DNA of 64,000 bases from Eubacteriales bacterium (GTDB lineage Bacteria > Bacillota > Clostridia > Oscillospirales > QAKW01), in assembly GCA_045546995.1 (NCBI GenBank), contig JAZQDW010000008.1, positions 131,253 to 195,252 of the forward strand, in the 5' to 3' direction. The notes beneath the pieces are model-generated. The model worked only from the letters and a program-made list of their open reading frames with translations, was not told the origin of the DNA and did not search any database. The translations under genes were made by a program, and so were the position numbers. Below, piece after piece: positions 19,379 through 29,911 of the stretch (within the stretch, counting starts at the first letter, position 1; each line of letters begins with the position of its first letter).

Positions 19379-22300
19379 ATGACAGAACGTTTGTTTTTTG
19401 AGATATTTGCAAAATTGAATCAGGACAATTATGATCCCGCTTTTGCTGAAGCAGTTGTCACCAACGTGCGAATCGAGCGTGAAAAGCGATATCTCTTGGG
19501 CAAAGTTTTGTTTCCTGCTTTCATTTCTCAGCAGACGATTCAAAAAGTTTTTGCTGATATTAAGCAAGTGTACAATCTTGCATATTTGCAGCTGGACGTC
19601 AGTTTTTCTCGACTGTCTTTTGATAAAAAAATGTGGCAGGAGATCATTGCATTTGTACGTGCTAAAAATCGGAATTGTAATGGTTTTTTGGATGGAAGCA
19701 ATGCTACTCTCGATAATGAAATATTAACGATCGAACTTTCTCATGGCGGCTTGGCAATATTGAAAGAATTTCGTGTTGATGATCAGATCCGCAAGTTGGT
19801 TAACGGATGGTTTGGTCTTAATGTGTCTATTCAGTTTACCGGTGTAACGGAAGTAACTGAGAATGAAAATGAGTTGAGTAAACTTGAATTCGAAGCACCA
19901 CCTGCGATGGACGTGGATGATATGATTCCGCCTCCACCTCCGCCAACGATTCAAAAGGATGCGCCTTCTGCCCCCATACGTCGTAAGGCGGCGCCGATCG
20001 ATCCGAAAATGGTTTTCTCGATGGGGGAATTGCCGTTTGATATGAACGGATCCGAAATTTTGAAGGGTAAGAGAATCGGTGATACGTTTATTAAGATTTC
20101 GGAGTTGAATCCTGACAGCGGGCGCGTGACAGTCGTTGGTGAGGTTTTCAGCTTTGACTCCCGTGTGTTGTGGGACGGTAAAAACATTCGTGTCACGCTG
20201 TATATCTCGGATGGCACCGGTTCATTTGTTGTTAAATTCAGAGATAGTATTTCTGCATTTGAAAAATATGAGGAACATCTTCAAAGCGGTAAATCCATTG
20301 CCATCTCCGGTATGGTTGAATTTGACCGTTATGAAGAGGATATCGTTCTGCAGGCCTCGGTTATTGCTACGGCCAGAAAGAAAAAACAGGTTGACAACTA
20401 TCGTGAAAAGCGTGTCGAGCTTCATTTGCATACAAAAATGTCCTCAATGGACGCAACAAATGAAATAGGGGATTTTGTAAAACGGGCTGCTGAATGGGGG
20501 CACAAAGCCATTGCCATTACTGATCACGGCAACGTACAGGCCTATCCGCAGGCGGCAAAAGCAGGACAGAAGCACGGCGTTAAAATTTTGTACGGTATGG
20601 AAGGCTATATGGTAGATGATACCGCGCCTTCCGTGATTCACGGCGATGCAAAACACAGCTTTAAAGATACGTTTGTTGTTTTTGATATTGAAACGACCGG
20701 CTTGACTGCTTGTGTGCATCAAGTTATTGAGATCGGCGCTGTAAAAGTCGTTGGCGGGTCAATGGAGGAGGAATTCCATACTTTTGTACGTCCCGACTGC
20801 AGTATTCCTCCTGAAATTGTTGAACTTACCGGCATTAACGATAATATGGTTCGAAACGCGCCCGGTTTTGAAGAAGCGCTTGAAAAATTTGTTTCATTTT
20901 GCGGTGAGAACGTTGTTTTGGTGGCGCATAATGCTAATTTCGACGTTGGTTTTATGAAGTTTCACGCAAATAAAATCGGTCGATCGTTTGGCTATACGTA
21001 TATCGATACGGTACCGTTGTGCCGCTATGCCTTTCCCGGCGTGCGTTCTGTGAAGTTGGATACCGTTGCAAAAAAGATTCATCTGCCCGCCTTTGAACAC
21101 CATCGTGCCGTTGACGATGCCAAGACGTTGGCAAGAATCTTTCAGTATTTGATGAATCACGTAACGGAGCAGGCCGGCGGTGAGGATCTTGATACGATTC
21201 GCAGTGTTGTGGAACCTGAACTGCTACAGTTGATTCATAAGCACAACAGATCTTATCATATCATTTTGTTGGTGAAGAACAAAGTGGGGCTTAAGAATCT
21301 GTATAAGTTGGTAACCAAGGGTAATATCGAACATTTCTATTCACATCCGGTTATTTTGAAAAGCGAAATATCCGAATTGCGTGATGGTCTCATTGTCGGC
21401 AGCGCCTGTGAGGCGGGCGAGTTATTTAAGGCTGTTCTTGCAGGAAAGTCAGATGATGAGTTGTGTCGGATCGCTTCCTTTTATGATTTTTTGGAGGTAC
21501 AGCCGCTGGGCAATAACCAATATATGCTTCGTGACGGTTATGCTAACAGTAAGGAAGATCTGCGTAATTTCAACCGCAAGATCATTTCCTTGGGAGAGAT
21601 GCTGTCCAAACCGGTTTGTGCAACGTGCGATGCCCACTTTTTGAATAAAAGTGACGAGGTGTTTCGTCGTATTCTGCAGGCCGGACAAGGCTTCGAGGAC
21701 GCTGATAATCAACCTCCTTTGTACTTCAGAAATACAAAGGAAATGATCGAGGAATTTGATTATCTTCCCATTGAAAAAGCAGAAGAGATCGTAATTAAAA
21801 ATCCCGGTATGATCGCTGATCAATGCGAGGAAATTATTCCTATACCGGAGGGGATGTATCCGCCGATTATCGAAGGCTGTGAAGACGAACTTCGTGAAAT
21901 CGCATACGCAAACGCAAAGAAAATTTACGGTGATCCGATTCCCGAAAAGGTTCTTACTCGTATGGAACGTGAATTGGATGCAATTATCGGCAACGGATTT
22001 GCGGTTATGTACATGATTTCGCAAAAACTGGTAAAAAAATCCAATGAGGATGGATATTTTGTCGGCTCTCGTGGTTCGGTTGGCTCTTCATTTGCCGCAA
22101 ACATCATCGGCATTTCCGAAGTGAACCCACTACCGCCCCATTATCTCTGCCCTGAATGTAAGTATATGGAGTGGTTTGATGACGGATCGATCGGCTCCGG
22201 CTTCGATTTACCACCTAAAAAATGCCCGAAGTGCGGTGCCCAGTTGAACTGCGACGGACACGATATTCCGTTTGAAACCTTTTTGGGCTTTAAAGGTGAT

Positions 22301-23737
22301 AAGGTACCGGATATCGATCTTAACTTTTCCGGCGTCTATCAACCGGTTGCGCACGAATACGTTCGTACTATGTTTGGCTCGAAATACGTGTATAAAGCAG
22401 GAACGATCGGTACTCTCGCCGACAAAACAGCCTATGGCTTTGTTAAAAAGTATTTTGAGGCAAAAGGGGAGCAGGTCAACAAGGCTGAACTGCAACGTCT
22501 TGTTGACGGCTGTGTGGGTACTAAACGTACGACGGGCCAGCATCCCGCGGGTATGGTTGTAGTTCCGAAAGCATATGATGTGTATGATTTCTGTCCGATT
22601 CAGCATCCTGCGGATGATCAGTCGTCCGACATCCTGACGACTCACTTTGATTTCCATTCGCTGCATGATACGATTTTGAAATTTGATATTCTCGGTCACG
22701 ATGTGCCTACGCTTTTGCGTAAGATGTTTGATTTGACGGGTATTCCGTTCGAGACCATTCCGATGAATGATCCGCAGGTTTACAGTCTGTTGCAATCGCC
22801 TGAAGCTTTGGGAGTCACACCCGAGCAGATCGATTGCGAGACCGGTACGCTTGCTTTACCGGAAATGGGAACCGGCTTTGTGCGCGGAATGTTGATTCAG
22901 GCAAAGCCGAAAAACTTCTCGGAATTGTTGCAGATTTCCGGTTTGTCACACGGTACCGACGTTTGGATCGGTAATGCTGCCGATTTGATCGATAACGGTA
23001 CTTGTACGATTTCCGAAGTTATCGGTACCCGTGACAATATCATGGTGTATCTGATTCATAAGGGTATGGAACCGTCGCTGGCATTTAAAATTATGGAAAT
23101 TGTCCGTAAGGGTAATGCTAAGAAATTGCTGACGCAGGAGATGATCGATGAAATGTACCGTGTCGGGTGCCCGGAATGGTACGTTGAATCATGTATGAAG
23201 ATTAAGTACATGTTCCCTAAGGCTCATGCAGCTGCTTACGTTATGGGTGCCATTCGTCTGGGTTGGTACAAAATTCATACGCCGCTCGAGTTTTATGCCG
23301 CGCACTTCACCGTTCGTCCGGATGGATTTGATGCGTTGGAGGTTGCCAAGGGTGAGGACTTTTTACGTAACGTGATTAAATCGATTGAAAATCTTGGAAA
23401 ACAGGCCAAAGCGACCGAAACAGAAAAGGCAACTACCTATCAGGTCGTTGTAGAGGCGATGGAACGTGGCGTTGAATTCTTACCTGTAAGTATCGCACAT
23501 AGCCACGCCACCGACTTTTTGGTTGAAGACGGTAAAATTCGTATGCCGTTCTCCGTTTTCAGTGGTGTCGGTGATACGGCGGCATTATCCATTGCAAAGA
23601 CCCGTGATGAAGGTGGATATATGTCACAAGAGGAATTTCGACTGAAATCCGGCGTTTCCAAGACGATTATTGAACTGTTTAATCAAGAGGGTGTATTCGG
23701 ATCGCTTCCGCCTTCCTCTCAAGTAACTTTATTTTAA
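19379..23737 (+). CDS. polC: DNA polymerase III alpha subunit, PolC type
   Basis: 1452 aa. Internal 3'-5' exonuclease (FDIETTGL, HNANFD, HRAVDDA), a split PHP domain, and a zinc finger (CPEC...CPKCG). Confidence 0.97.
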   Translation: MTERLFFEIFAKLNQDNYDPAFAEAVVTNVRIEREKRYLLGKVLFPAFISQQTIQKVFADIKQVYNLAYLQLDVSFSRLSFDKKMWQEIIAFVRAKNRNCNGFLDGSNATLDNEILTIELSHGGLAILKEFRVDDQIRKLVNGWFGLNVSIQFTGVTEVTENENELSKLEFEAPPAMDVDDMIPPPPPPTIQKDAPSAPIRRKAAPIDPKMVFSMGELPFDMNGSEILKGKRIGDTFIKISELNPDSGRVTVVGEVFSFDSRVLWDGKNIRVTLYISDGTGSFVVKFRDSISAFEKYEEHLQSGKSIAISGMVEFDRYEEDIVLQASVIATARKKKQVDNYREKRVELHLHTKMSSMDATNEIGDFVKRAAEWGHKAIAITDHGNVQAYPQAAKAGQKHGVKILYGMEGYMVDDTAPSVIHGDAKHSFKDTFVVFDIETTGLTACVHQVIEIGAVKVVGGSMEEEFHTFVRPDCSIPPEIVELTGINDNMVRNAPGFEEALEKFVSFCGENVVLVAHNANFDVGFMKFHANKIGRSFGYTYIDTVPLCRYAFPGVRSVKLDTVAKKIHLPAFEHHRAVDDAKTLARIFQYLMNHVTEQAGGEDLDTIRSVVEPELLQLIHKHNRSYHIILLVKNKVGLKNLYKLVTKGNIEHFYSHPVILKSEISELRDGLIVGSACEAGELFKAVLAGKSDDELCRIASFYDFLEVQPLGNNQYMLRDGYANSKEDLRNFNRKIISLGEMLSKPVCATCDAHFLNKSDEVFRRILQAGQGFEDADNQPPLYFRNTKEMIEEFDYLPIEKAEEIVIKNPGMIADQCEEIIPIPEGMYPPIIEGCEDELREIAYANAKKIYGDPIPEKVLTRMERELDAIIGNGFAVMYMISQKLVKKSNEDGYFVGSRGSVGSSFAANIIGISEVNPLPPHYLCPECKYMEWFDDGSIGSGFDLPPKKCPKCGAQLNCDGHDIPFETFLGFKGDKVPDIDLNFSGVYQPVAHEYVRTMFGSKYVYKAGTIGTLADKTAYGFVKKYFEAKGEQVNKAELQRLVDGCVGTKRTTGQHPAGMVVVPKAYDVYDFCPIQHPADDQSSDILTTHFDFHSLHDTILKFDILGHDVPTLLRKMFDLTGIPFETIPMNDPQVYSLLQSPEALGVTPEQIDCETGTLALPEMGTGFVRGMLIQAKPKNFSELLQISGLSHGTDVWIGNAADLIDNGTCTISEVIGTRDNIMVYLIHKGMEPSLAFKIMEIVRKGNAKKLLTQEMIDEMYRVGCPEWYVESCMKIKYMFPKAHAAAYVMGAIRLGWYKIHTPLEFYAAHFTVRPDGFDALEVAKGEDFLRNVIKSIENLGKQAKATETEKATTYQVVVEAMERGVEFLPVSIAHSHATDFLVEDGKIRMPFSVFSGVGDTAALSIAKTRDEGGYMSQEEFRLKSGVSKTIIELFNQEGVFGSLPPSSQVTLF

Positions 23738-23750
23738 GGAGTTTGGCATA

Positions 23751-24638
23751 ATGTTAGTAAGTTTTTTGTCTCAAAACCAAATTCGTTATGAAACCGATGT
23801 ATCTTTGCGTGATTTGACCACCTTCCGTGTTGGCGGTGTGGCGGAAATTGTAATATACCCGGACAGCACGCAAAAGGTTGCTGATTTGGTTGCATTTCTT
23901 AAGCAAAATAATATTGATTATTTTGTTATGGGAAACGGCTCTAATCTGTTGTTTTCCGACGAGCGTTTTGTCAGACCGATTTTAAAGACGGATGACCTGC
24001 TTACAATGTCTGTTCATAAGGATGAATTCACCTTTGGCGCCGGTGTCAAAATGGCAAAGGCTGCTAATTTTGCCGCTGAACATTGTTATAGCGGAATGGA
24101 ATTTGCCCACGGAATTCCCGGCAGCATTGGTGGCGCGGTGTATATGAATGCCGGCGCCTATGATGGTACGATGTCACAAATTGTTTGTAGGACAACGTAC
24201 GTTGATGAAGATGGTAACATTGATGAAATTGTAGGCGATGCTCACGATTTTCAATATCGTCACAGTTTCTTTTCCCACAAGAATCTGATTATTACCGAAA
24301 CTCTTGTTAAACTGGTTGCCGGTGATGAAACGGCGATCCGTGAAAAAATGGCTGACTTTATGCAACGTCGTAAGGACAAGCAACCGCTGAATCTTCCCAG
24401 TGCCGGCTCAACGTTTAAACGTCCGGTGGGCGCTTTTGCGGGTAAGCTGATTCAGGATTGCGGGCTGATGGGATTTCAGATTGGTGGCGCGGCTGTCAGT
24501 ACCAAGCATGCGGGGTTTGTCGTCAATGTTGATCATGCCAGTTTTTCGGACGTGAGAAACGTGATCTCTCACGTACAGGAAACCGTCAAAAAAGAAACGG
24601 GATTTTTCCTTGAATGCGAAGTTGAGATAGTTGAGTAG
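23751..24638 (+). CDS. murB: UDP-N-acetylenolpyruvoylglucosamine reductase
   Basis: 295 aa. FAD-binding domain (TFRVGG..., GNGSNLL), plus GSTFKRP and the C-terminal MurB domain. Confidence 0.95.
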   Translation: MLVSFLSQNQIRYETDVSLRDLTTFRVGGVAEIVIYPDSTQKVADLVAFLKQNNIDYFVMGNGSNLLFSDERFVRPILKTDDLLTMSVHKDEFTFGAGVKMAKAANFAAEHCYSGMEFAHGIPGSIGGAVYMNAGAYDGTMSQIVCRTTYVDEDGNIDEIVGDAHDFQYRHSFFSHKNLIITETLVKLVAGDETAIREKMADFMQRRKDKQPLNLPSAGSTFKRPVGAFAGKLIQDCGLMGFQIGGAAVSTKHAGFVVNVDHASFSDVRNVISHVQETVKKETGFFLECEVEIVE

Positions 24639-24649
24639 GAGAAAATAGA

Positions 24650-25504
24650 ATGCGTCTTGTGATCATAAGCGGTATGTCCGGAGCTGGTAAATCCAGTGCA
24701 TTACGTGCATTTGAGGATATGGGATATGGCTGTGTGGATAACGTTCCACCTGAGTTGATTGAAAAATTTTCCGAGATTTTTTCCGCGCCGAATTGCAGCA
24801 TCGAGAAGATGGTTTTGGTTGTGGATGCCCGTTCGGCGGAATTGTTTTCGGGTTTATCTGCCGCGTTGGAGCATCTGCGCAGTCACAACGTTTTGTTTGA
24901 TCTGCTGTTTTTGGATGCCGCCAACGAGGTACTTTTGAAACGCTATAAGGAAACCCGCCGTCGTCACCCTTTAATCAGCGATTCGGATGGTTCTCTTGAA
25001 AATGCCATTCGCAAAGAGCGTATGATGATGCAAACGGCTCGTGATCGAGCAGATTTTGTAATTGATACTACTAATTTGTCCGGAAAAGAACTGACGAAGC
25101 GTTTGCATCAATTATTCAGTGCCAATACGGCTTCAATGGACGTTTCAATTCTTTCGTTTGGATATAAATACGGTATTCCTGCTGATGCTGATTTGGTATT
25201 TGACGTACGTTGTCTGCCCAATCCGTATTACGTGGAAGCGTTGCGTGATAAACGTGGATACGAATCCGAGGTCTACGATTATGTTTTTCAGTGGTCGGTT
25301 GCGCAACAACTTAAAAGTAAGCTGGAGGATTTGATCGGGTTTTTGTTGCCCTTGTATGTTGAAGAAGGGAAAAGTTCGGTTGTGATTGCATTTGGTTGTA
25401 CCGGTGGTCAACATCGGTCAGTTGCTTTTGCCGAGCATTTCAGTCGTTTTTGTAAAAATAAACAGTATCATACGGCGTTGACGCACAGAGATGCCGATAA
25501 ATAA
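24650..25504 (+). CDS. rapZ: RNase adapter / nucleotide-binding protein RapZ (YvcJ)
   Basis: P-loop GMSGAGKS, FDVRCLPNPY motif, GCTGGQHRSV motif. Confidence 0.93.
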   Translation: MRLVIISGMSGAGKSSALRAFEDMGYGCVDNVPPELIEKFSEIFSAPNCSIEKMVLVVDARSAELFSGLSAALEHLRSHNVLFDLLFLDAANEVLLKRYKETRRRHPLISDSDGSLENAIRKERMMMQTARDRADFVIDTTNLSGKELTKRLHQLFSANTASMDVSILSFGYKYGIPADADLVFDVRCLPNPYYVEALRDKRGYESEVYDYVFQWSVAQQLKSKLEDLIGFLLPLYVEEGKSSVVIAFGCTGGQHRSVAFAEHFSRFCKNKQYHTALTHRDADK

Positions 25505-25519
25505 AGGAATTGTTGTATT

Positions 25520-26392
25520 ATGTCGTTTTGTTTTGACGTTAAACAGGAAATTTGCTCCCAGGAAGAAAAGCATAAACGCGCCATGTTTTACGGAATGATC
25601 TTGTACGCCGATCATATCAGCGATCGCATCCAGATCACCACGGAAAACGTGTTTGTGGTCAATTTACTTGAACAGTTGGCTGCAGAGTTGTATGACGTTC
25701 ATTTTTTGGTTGATGAGAATATGAGTGCCTATGTGGCTACGTTACAGGGTGAGTCGTTCAGCACGGTTTGCGCCGCTTTGGAGTTAGATCCCACCGAACC
25801 GCATTTTATACCGAAAATGGTAGAAAAGACCGGTCAACTTGCTGCGTTTTTAAAAGGTGCTTTCCTGGTTGGCGGGTATATCAGTAATCCCAGATCTGCA
25901 TACCATCTTGAACTGGTTTGCCATCAATATCAGGTTAATAAAGAGATCGGGTCTCACTTAAGAAACGTTGATTTTTCTTTTAAAAGTGTTGTTCGCAAAT
26001 CGAGATTTGTTTTGTATTTAAAGGACAGCGTCGTGATGGAACGGTTGTTGTACGTTTTGGGTGCTAAAAAAGCTGCATTTTCTTTGGTTGATGCCAAAAT
26101 TTATAAACAAATCAAAAATGAAAATAACCGAATCAACAATTGTGCCGGTTATAATCAAGAAAAGACTCTGGACAAGGCGATTTCTCAGTTACTGGCGATA
26201 CAAAAAATTGAGGAAACGGTCGGACTTGTTTCTCTTCCTGAGGATTTACAAGAAGTTGCACAGTTGAGAAAAAGCAACAAAATGGCCTCTCTTGCCGATC
26301 TTTGCCGCTTGACGGAAGGGAAGTTCAGCAAGGCCGGACTGAGTCGCAGATTGTCCAAGATTATTGAAATTGCAAATAAGATAGAGAAGTAA
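25520..26392 (+). CDS. whiA: Sporulation/cell-division transcription factor WhiA
   Basis: 290 aa. LAGLIDADG-like middle domain (FLKGAFLVGGYISNP) and a C-terminal HTH (SLADLCRLTEGKFSKAGLSRRL). Confidence 0.9.
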   Translation: MSFCFDVKQEICSQEEKHKRAMFYGMILYADHISDRIQITTENVFVVNLLEQLAAELYDVHFLVDENMSAYVATLQGESFSTVCAALELDPTEPHFIPKMVEKTGQLAAFLKGAFLVGGYISNPRSAYHLELVCHQYQVNKEIGSHLRNVDFSFKSVVRKSRFVLYLKDSVVMERLLYVLGAKKAAFSLVDAKIYKQIKNENNRINNCAGYNQEKTLDKAISQLLAIQKIEETVGLVSLPEDLQEVAQLRKSNKMASLADLCRLTEGKFSKAGLSRRLSKIIEIANKIEK

Positions 26393-26401
26393 AGGAATTG
26401 T

Positions 26402-29400
26402 ATGAAAGATTTCGTTCATCTTCACGTGCATACTGAATACAGCCTTTTGGATGGCGCTGCTAAAATCAGCAACGTGATTCAAAAGGCTAAAAGTCTTGGC
26501 CAAAAAGCGCTTGCAATCACTGACCACGGTGTGATGTACGGGGTGATCGATTTTTATAAAGAGGCGCTTGCACAGGGGATCAAGCCGATTATCGGCTGTG
26601 AAGTTTATACCGCAGCGCGGACCCGTTTTGACAAATTGTATGAATTTGATGGTCAGGTGGGTCATCTGGTTTTGCTTGCAAAAAATAACGAGGGTTATCA
26701 AAATTTGATTTATTTGGTCTCCAAAGCAAGCGTGGAGGGCATGTATTATAAACCCCGTGTTGATATGGATTTGTTACGAGAGCATTCTGAGGGCATCATT
26801 GCATTGTCCGGTTGCCTGGCAGGCGACGTGCAACGGTTCCTGCTTCGTGATAATTATGAAGCAGCGCGTGAAAAGGCGGAGGAATATCACGCCATATTTG
26901 GCGATGATTTTTATCTTGAATTGCAAGATCATGGCCTGAAAGAAGATGAGACTGTTATTTCAGGACTTGCCCGGCTTTCGGCTGAAACGGGTATTCCGTT
27001 GGTTGCTACTAATGATGTTCATTACGTAGAAAAGAAAGATGCAAAGTTGCAGGAAGTTCTGATGTGCATCCAGACCGGTAAAACCATCAACGATCCCAAT
27101 GCAATGCGCTTTGAGACGGAAGAGTTTTATCTGAAGTCCTCGCAGGAAATGGCTGAGCTTTTTGCTCGTTTTCCGCAAGCGATTGCAAATACCGAAGCAA
27201 TTGCGCAGCAGTGCAATGTTTCCTTTGATTTTGATCATTATCATTTACCCTCTTTTGCTATGCCTAACGAGAAAACGCCCGCTGAATACTTGCGACAGCT
27301 TGCGCTTTCCGGATTGAAAATGCGGTATGGCGATTGTCGGCCGGAGCTTGCTGAAAGATTGGAATACGAGCTTTCTGTTATTGAAAAAATGGGGTATGTG
27401 GATTATTTTCTAATCGTCCATGACTTTATTGACTACGCTAAGAGAAACGATATTCCGGTCGGTCCCGGCAGAGGTTCGGCGGCCGGTTCTTTAGTTGCTT
27501 ATTGCTTGCGGATTACCGAGATTGACCCAATGCGTTTTGATCTGCTTTTTGAGCGTTTTTTGAATCCGGAACGTGTCAGTATGCCTGATATTGACATTGA
27601 TTTTTGTGTTAAACAACGCAGTAAGGTGATCGAATACGTCATTTCCAAATACGGCGCAGATAACGTTGCGCAGATTATTACCTTCGGTACTATGGCAGCC
27701 AAGGCGGCAATTAAAGACGTGGGTCGTGCGCTGGGTATTTCATATTCATTGGCTGATCGTGCTTCCAAGGCTGTGCCGTTCCGCTTGGGCATCACTTTGC
27801 CCGAGGCGCTGAAGGAATCTAAGGCGCTGAAGGAAATGTATGATACGGATATGCAGGTGCGTGAAATGGTAAATATGGCCATTCAGTTGGAGGGTTTTCC
27901 GCGTCATTCTTCCACGCATGCTGCCGGTGTTGTGATCACACAGCGACCCGTGTACCACTATGTTCCGGTACAGTTAACTGACGAGAACGTGGTGACTCAA
28001 TTTCCGATGGGCACGCTGGAGCAACTTGGACTGTTAAAGATGGACTTTTTGGGGCTGCGGAATCTTACGGTAATTCACGAGACGGAACGTTTGATTCGTA
28101 AGCATACGCCCGATTTTTCCGCTGCAGCGATTGATTTTAATGATGCTAAAGTATACGCTTTGCTGTCAAAAGGCAAAACACAAGGCGTTTTTCAGTTGGA
28201 ATCCGAAGGAATAAAACAGGTTTTGCGTCGGATGCAACCGCGGAGCATAGAGGATGTTATAGCTGTTATTTCGCTGTATCGTCCCGGTCCGATGGACTCG
28301 ATTCCCAAATATATTGAAAATAAAAATAACCCACATAAAATCGTATATAAAGATTCCAGACTTGAAAGCATTCTGGGCGTTACGTATGGGTGTATCGTTT
28401 ATCAGGAGCAGGTAATGCGCATTGTTCGCGATCTGGCCGGTTACTCCTACGGTCGCGCCGACCTGGTGCGCCGCGCTATGAGCAAAAAGAAAATGGACGT
28501 TATGGAAAAGGAACGTGACATTTTTATCAATGGCCTGACAGATAAAGAGGGGAACGTGTTGATCGATGGTTGCTTGCGACGTAACGTCAGCAAACAGGTT
28601 GCCAATGAGCTGTTTGATGAAATGACCGACTTTGCAAAATATGCGTTTAATAAGTCTCATGCGGCTTGTTATGCCTACGTTGCTTACCAAACGGCCTATC
28701 TAAAATGTCATTATCCCGCTGAATTTATGGCAGCAATGATGACCAGCGTTATGGACAACACCGAAAAGGTCGCCGGATATATCGGTGAGTGCAAAAAGAT
28801 GGGTATATCCGTACTTCCTCCTATTATTAATAAAGGAAACGCTGGGTTCGGCGTATCGGATAACAGCATTGTTTTTGGCCTTTCTGCGATCAAAAACGTG
28901 GGAAGAAAATTTGTCGACAGCATTGCTGCGGAGCGTGAGCTTAACGGAGCGTTTAAATCCTTTGTTGATTTCGTACGGCGGATGGATAGTAAGGATATGA
29001 GCCGCAAGGCGCTGGAAAGTCTGATCAAGGCGGGCGCATTTGATGAATTCGGATTCAGTCGCAAGCATCTTTTGGGCGTATATGATAAGGTGCTTGAGGC
29101 GGTGCGGAATGACGCCAGCCGTGGTGCCTTTGGTCAGATGGACCTTTTCAGCGGTGTTTTTTACGAGGAAACTGCCGGACCCGAACGTTTCTTCGTGAGC
29201 AGCATCCCTGAGTTTCCGACAGAACAAAAATTGCTGATGGAAAAAGAGGTTACCGGGTTATATATGACCGGGCACCCGCTTTCCGGGTATGACGTTCTTT
29301 ATGAAAACAAAGGATATACCCGTATTGCGCAGATTTTGTCCAATGAAACGGACAACGAAAAACTTTATAAGTTTTTTGGTGTCCTTAATAACTGTAAAAG

Positions 29401-29845
29401 TAAAATGACTAAAACCAAAAAACAAATGGGATTTGCGGTTCTCGAGGATGAAACTGCAAGTGTCGAGTTGATTATTTTTCCGGCCGCCTTCAATCGTGTA
29501 GACGCCGTTTTAAAGGATGGTCAGTTGGTTTACGTCGAGGGTAGGGTGCTTTCCGAAGAGGAGGGTATCAAGGTCGTTTGTGAAAAAATGGTTGGTGCTG
29601 ACGTAAAACGGATTGCTGACGCAAACAAAAAGCTGTACCTGAAAATTCCGTCTAAAGATAGTAAGGCTTGGGAGGCGGTTTCGGAGTTGCTGAAAATTTA
29701 TCGTGGTGATATTTCTTGTGTGATGTATTTTGCAGACACACAAAAATCCATTGTTACAAAACGGGATTTCGGTGTGGATGCTTCGCCCGCTTTGATGGCT
29801 GAGTTGCGGAAAATTTTGGGTAATGATCAGGTCATAATGCGATAA
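26402..29845 (+). CDS. dnaE: DNA polymerase III alpha subunit, DnaE type
   Basis: 1147 aa. PHP N-terminus FVHLHVHTEYSLLDG, a polymerase core (PDIDIDF, GLLKMDFLGL), and a C-terminal OB fold. Confidence 0.96.
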   Translation: MKDFVHLHVHTEYSLLDGAAKISNVIQKAKSLGQKALAITDHGVMYGVIDFYKEALAQGIKPIIGCEVYTAARTRFDKLYEFDGQVGHLVLLAKNNEGYQNLIYLVSKASVEGMYYKPRVDMDLLREHSEGIIALSGCLAGDVQRFLLRDNYEAAREKAEEYHAIFGDDFYLELQDHGLKEDETVISGLARLSAETGIPLVATNDVHYVEKKDAKLQEVLMCIQTGKTINDPNAMRFETEEFYLKSSQEMAELFARFPQAIANTEAIAQQCNVSFDFDHYHLPSFAMPNEKTPAEYLRQLALSGLKMRYGDCRPELAERLEYELSVIEKMGYVDYFLIVHDFIDYAKRNDIPVGPGRGSAAGSLVAYCLRITEIDPMRFDLLFERFLNPERVSMPDIDIDFCVKQRSKVIEYVISKYGADNVAQIITFGTMAAKAAIKDVGRALGISYSLADRASKAVPFRLGITLPEALKESKALKEMYDTDMQVREMVNMAIQLEGFPRHSSTHAAGVVITQRPVYHYVPVQLTDENVVTQFPMGTLEQLGLLKMDFLGLRNLTVIHETERLIRKHTPDFSAAAIDFNDAKVYALLSKGKTQGVFQLESEGIKQVLRRMQPRSIEDVIAVISLYRPGPMDSIPKYIENKNNPHKIVYKDSRLESILGVTYGCIVYQEQVMRIVRDLAGYSYGRADLVRRAMSKKKMDVMEKERDIFINGLTDKEGNVLIDGCLRRNVSKQVANELFDEMTDFAKYAFNKSHAACYAYVAYQTAYLKCHYPAEFMAAMMTSVMDNTEKVAGYIGECKKMGISVLPPIINKGNAGFGVSDNSIVFGLSAIKNVGRKFVDSIAAERELNGAFKSFVDFVRRMDSKDMSRKALESLIKAGAFDEFGFSRKHLLGVYDKVLEAVRNDASRGAFGQMDLFSGVFYEETAGPERFFVSSIPEFPTEQKLLMEKEVTGLYMTGHPLSGYDVLYENKGYTRIAQILSNETDNEKLYKFFGVLNNCKSKMTKTKKQMGFAVLEDETASVELIIFPAAFNRVDAVLKDGQLVYVEGRVLSEEEGIKVVCEKMVGADVKRIADANKKLYLKIPSKDSKAWEAVSELLKIYRGDISCVMYFADTQKSIVTKRDFGVDASPALMAELRKILGNDQVIMR

Positions 29846-29850
29846 AAGTA

Positions 29851-29879
29851 TTGATTTTTCGGGAATGTTATGGTATAAT
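29851..29879 (+). promoter_or_regulatory. sigma-A promoter for pfkA
   Basis: TTGATT, 17-nt spacer, extended -10 TGgTATAAT. It lies 33 nt upstream of the pfkA start. Confidence 0.6.
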
Positions 29880-29911
29880 CATCGAGATGTAAGTACTTTG
29901 GAGGAATCACA

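Noticed and set aside
19379-29845. Two DNA polymerase III alpha-type genes (polC and dnaE) within 10 kb, which could be read as a duplication or an accessory polymerase island.
   Set aside because: Firmicutes normally encode both PolC and DnaE as essential replicative polymerases. The two proteins here have the distinct canonical architectures: PolC has an internal exonuclease and DnaE does not. The intervening genes murB-rapZ-whiA are core genes.
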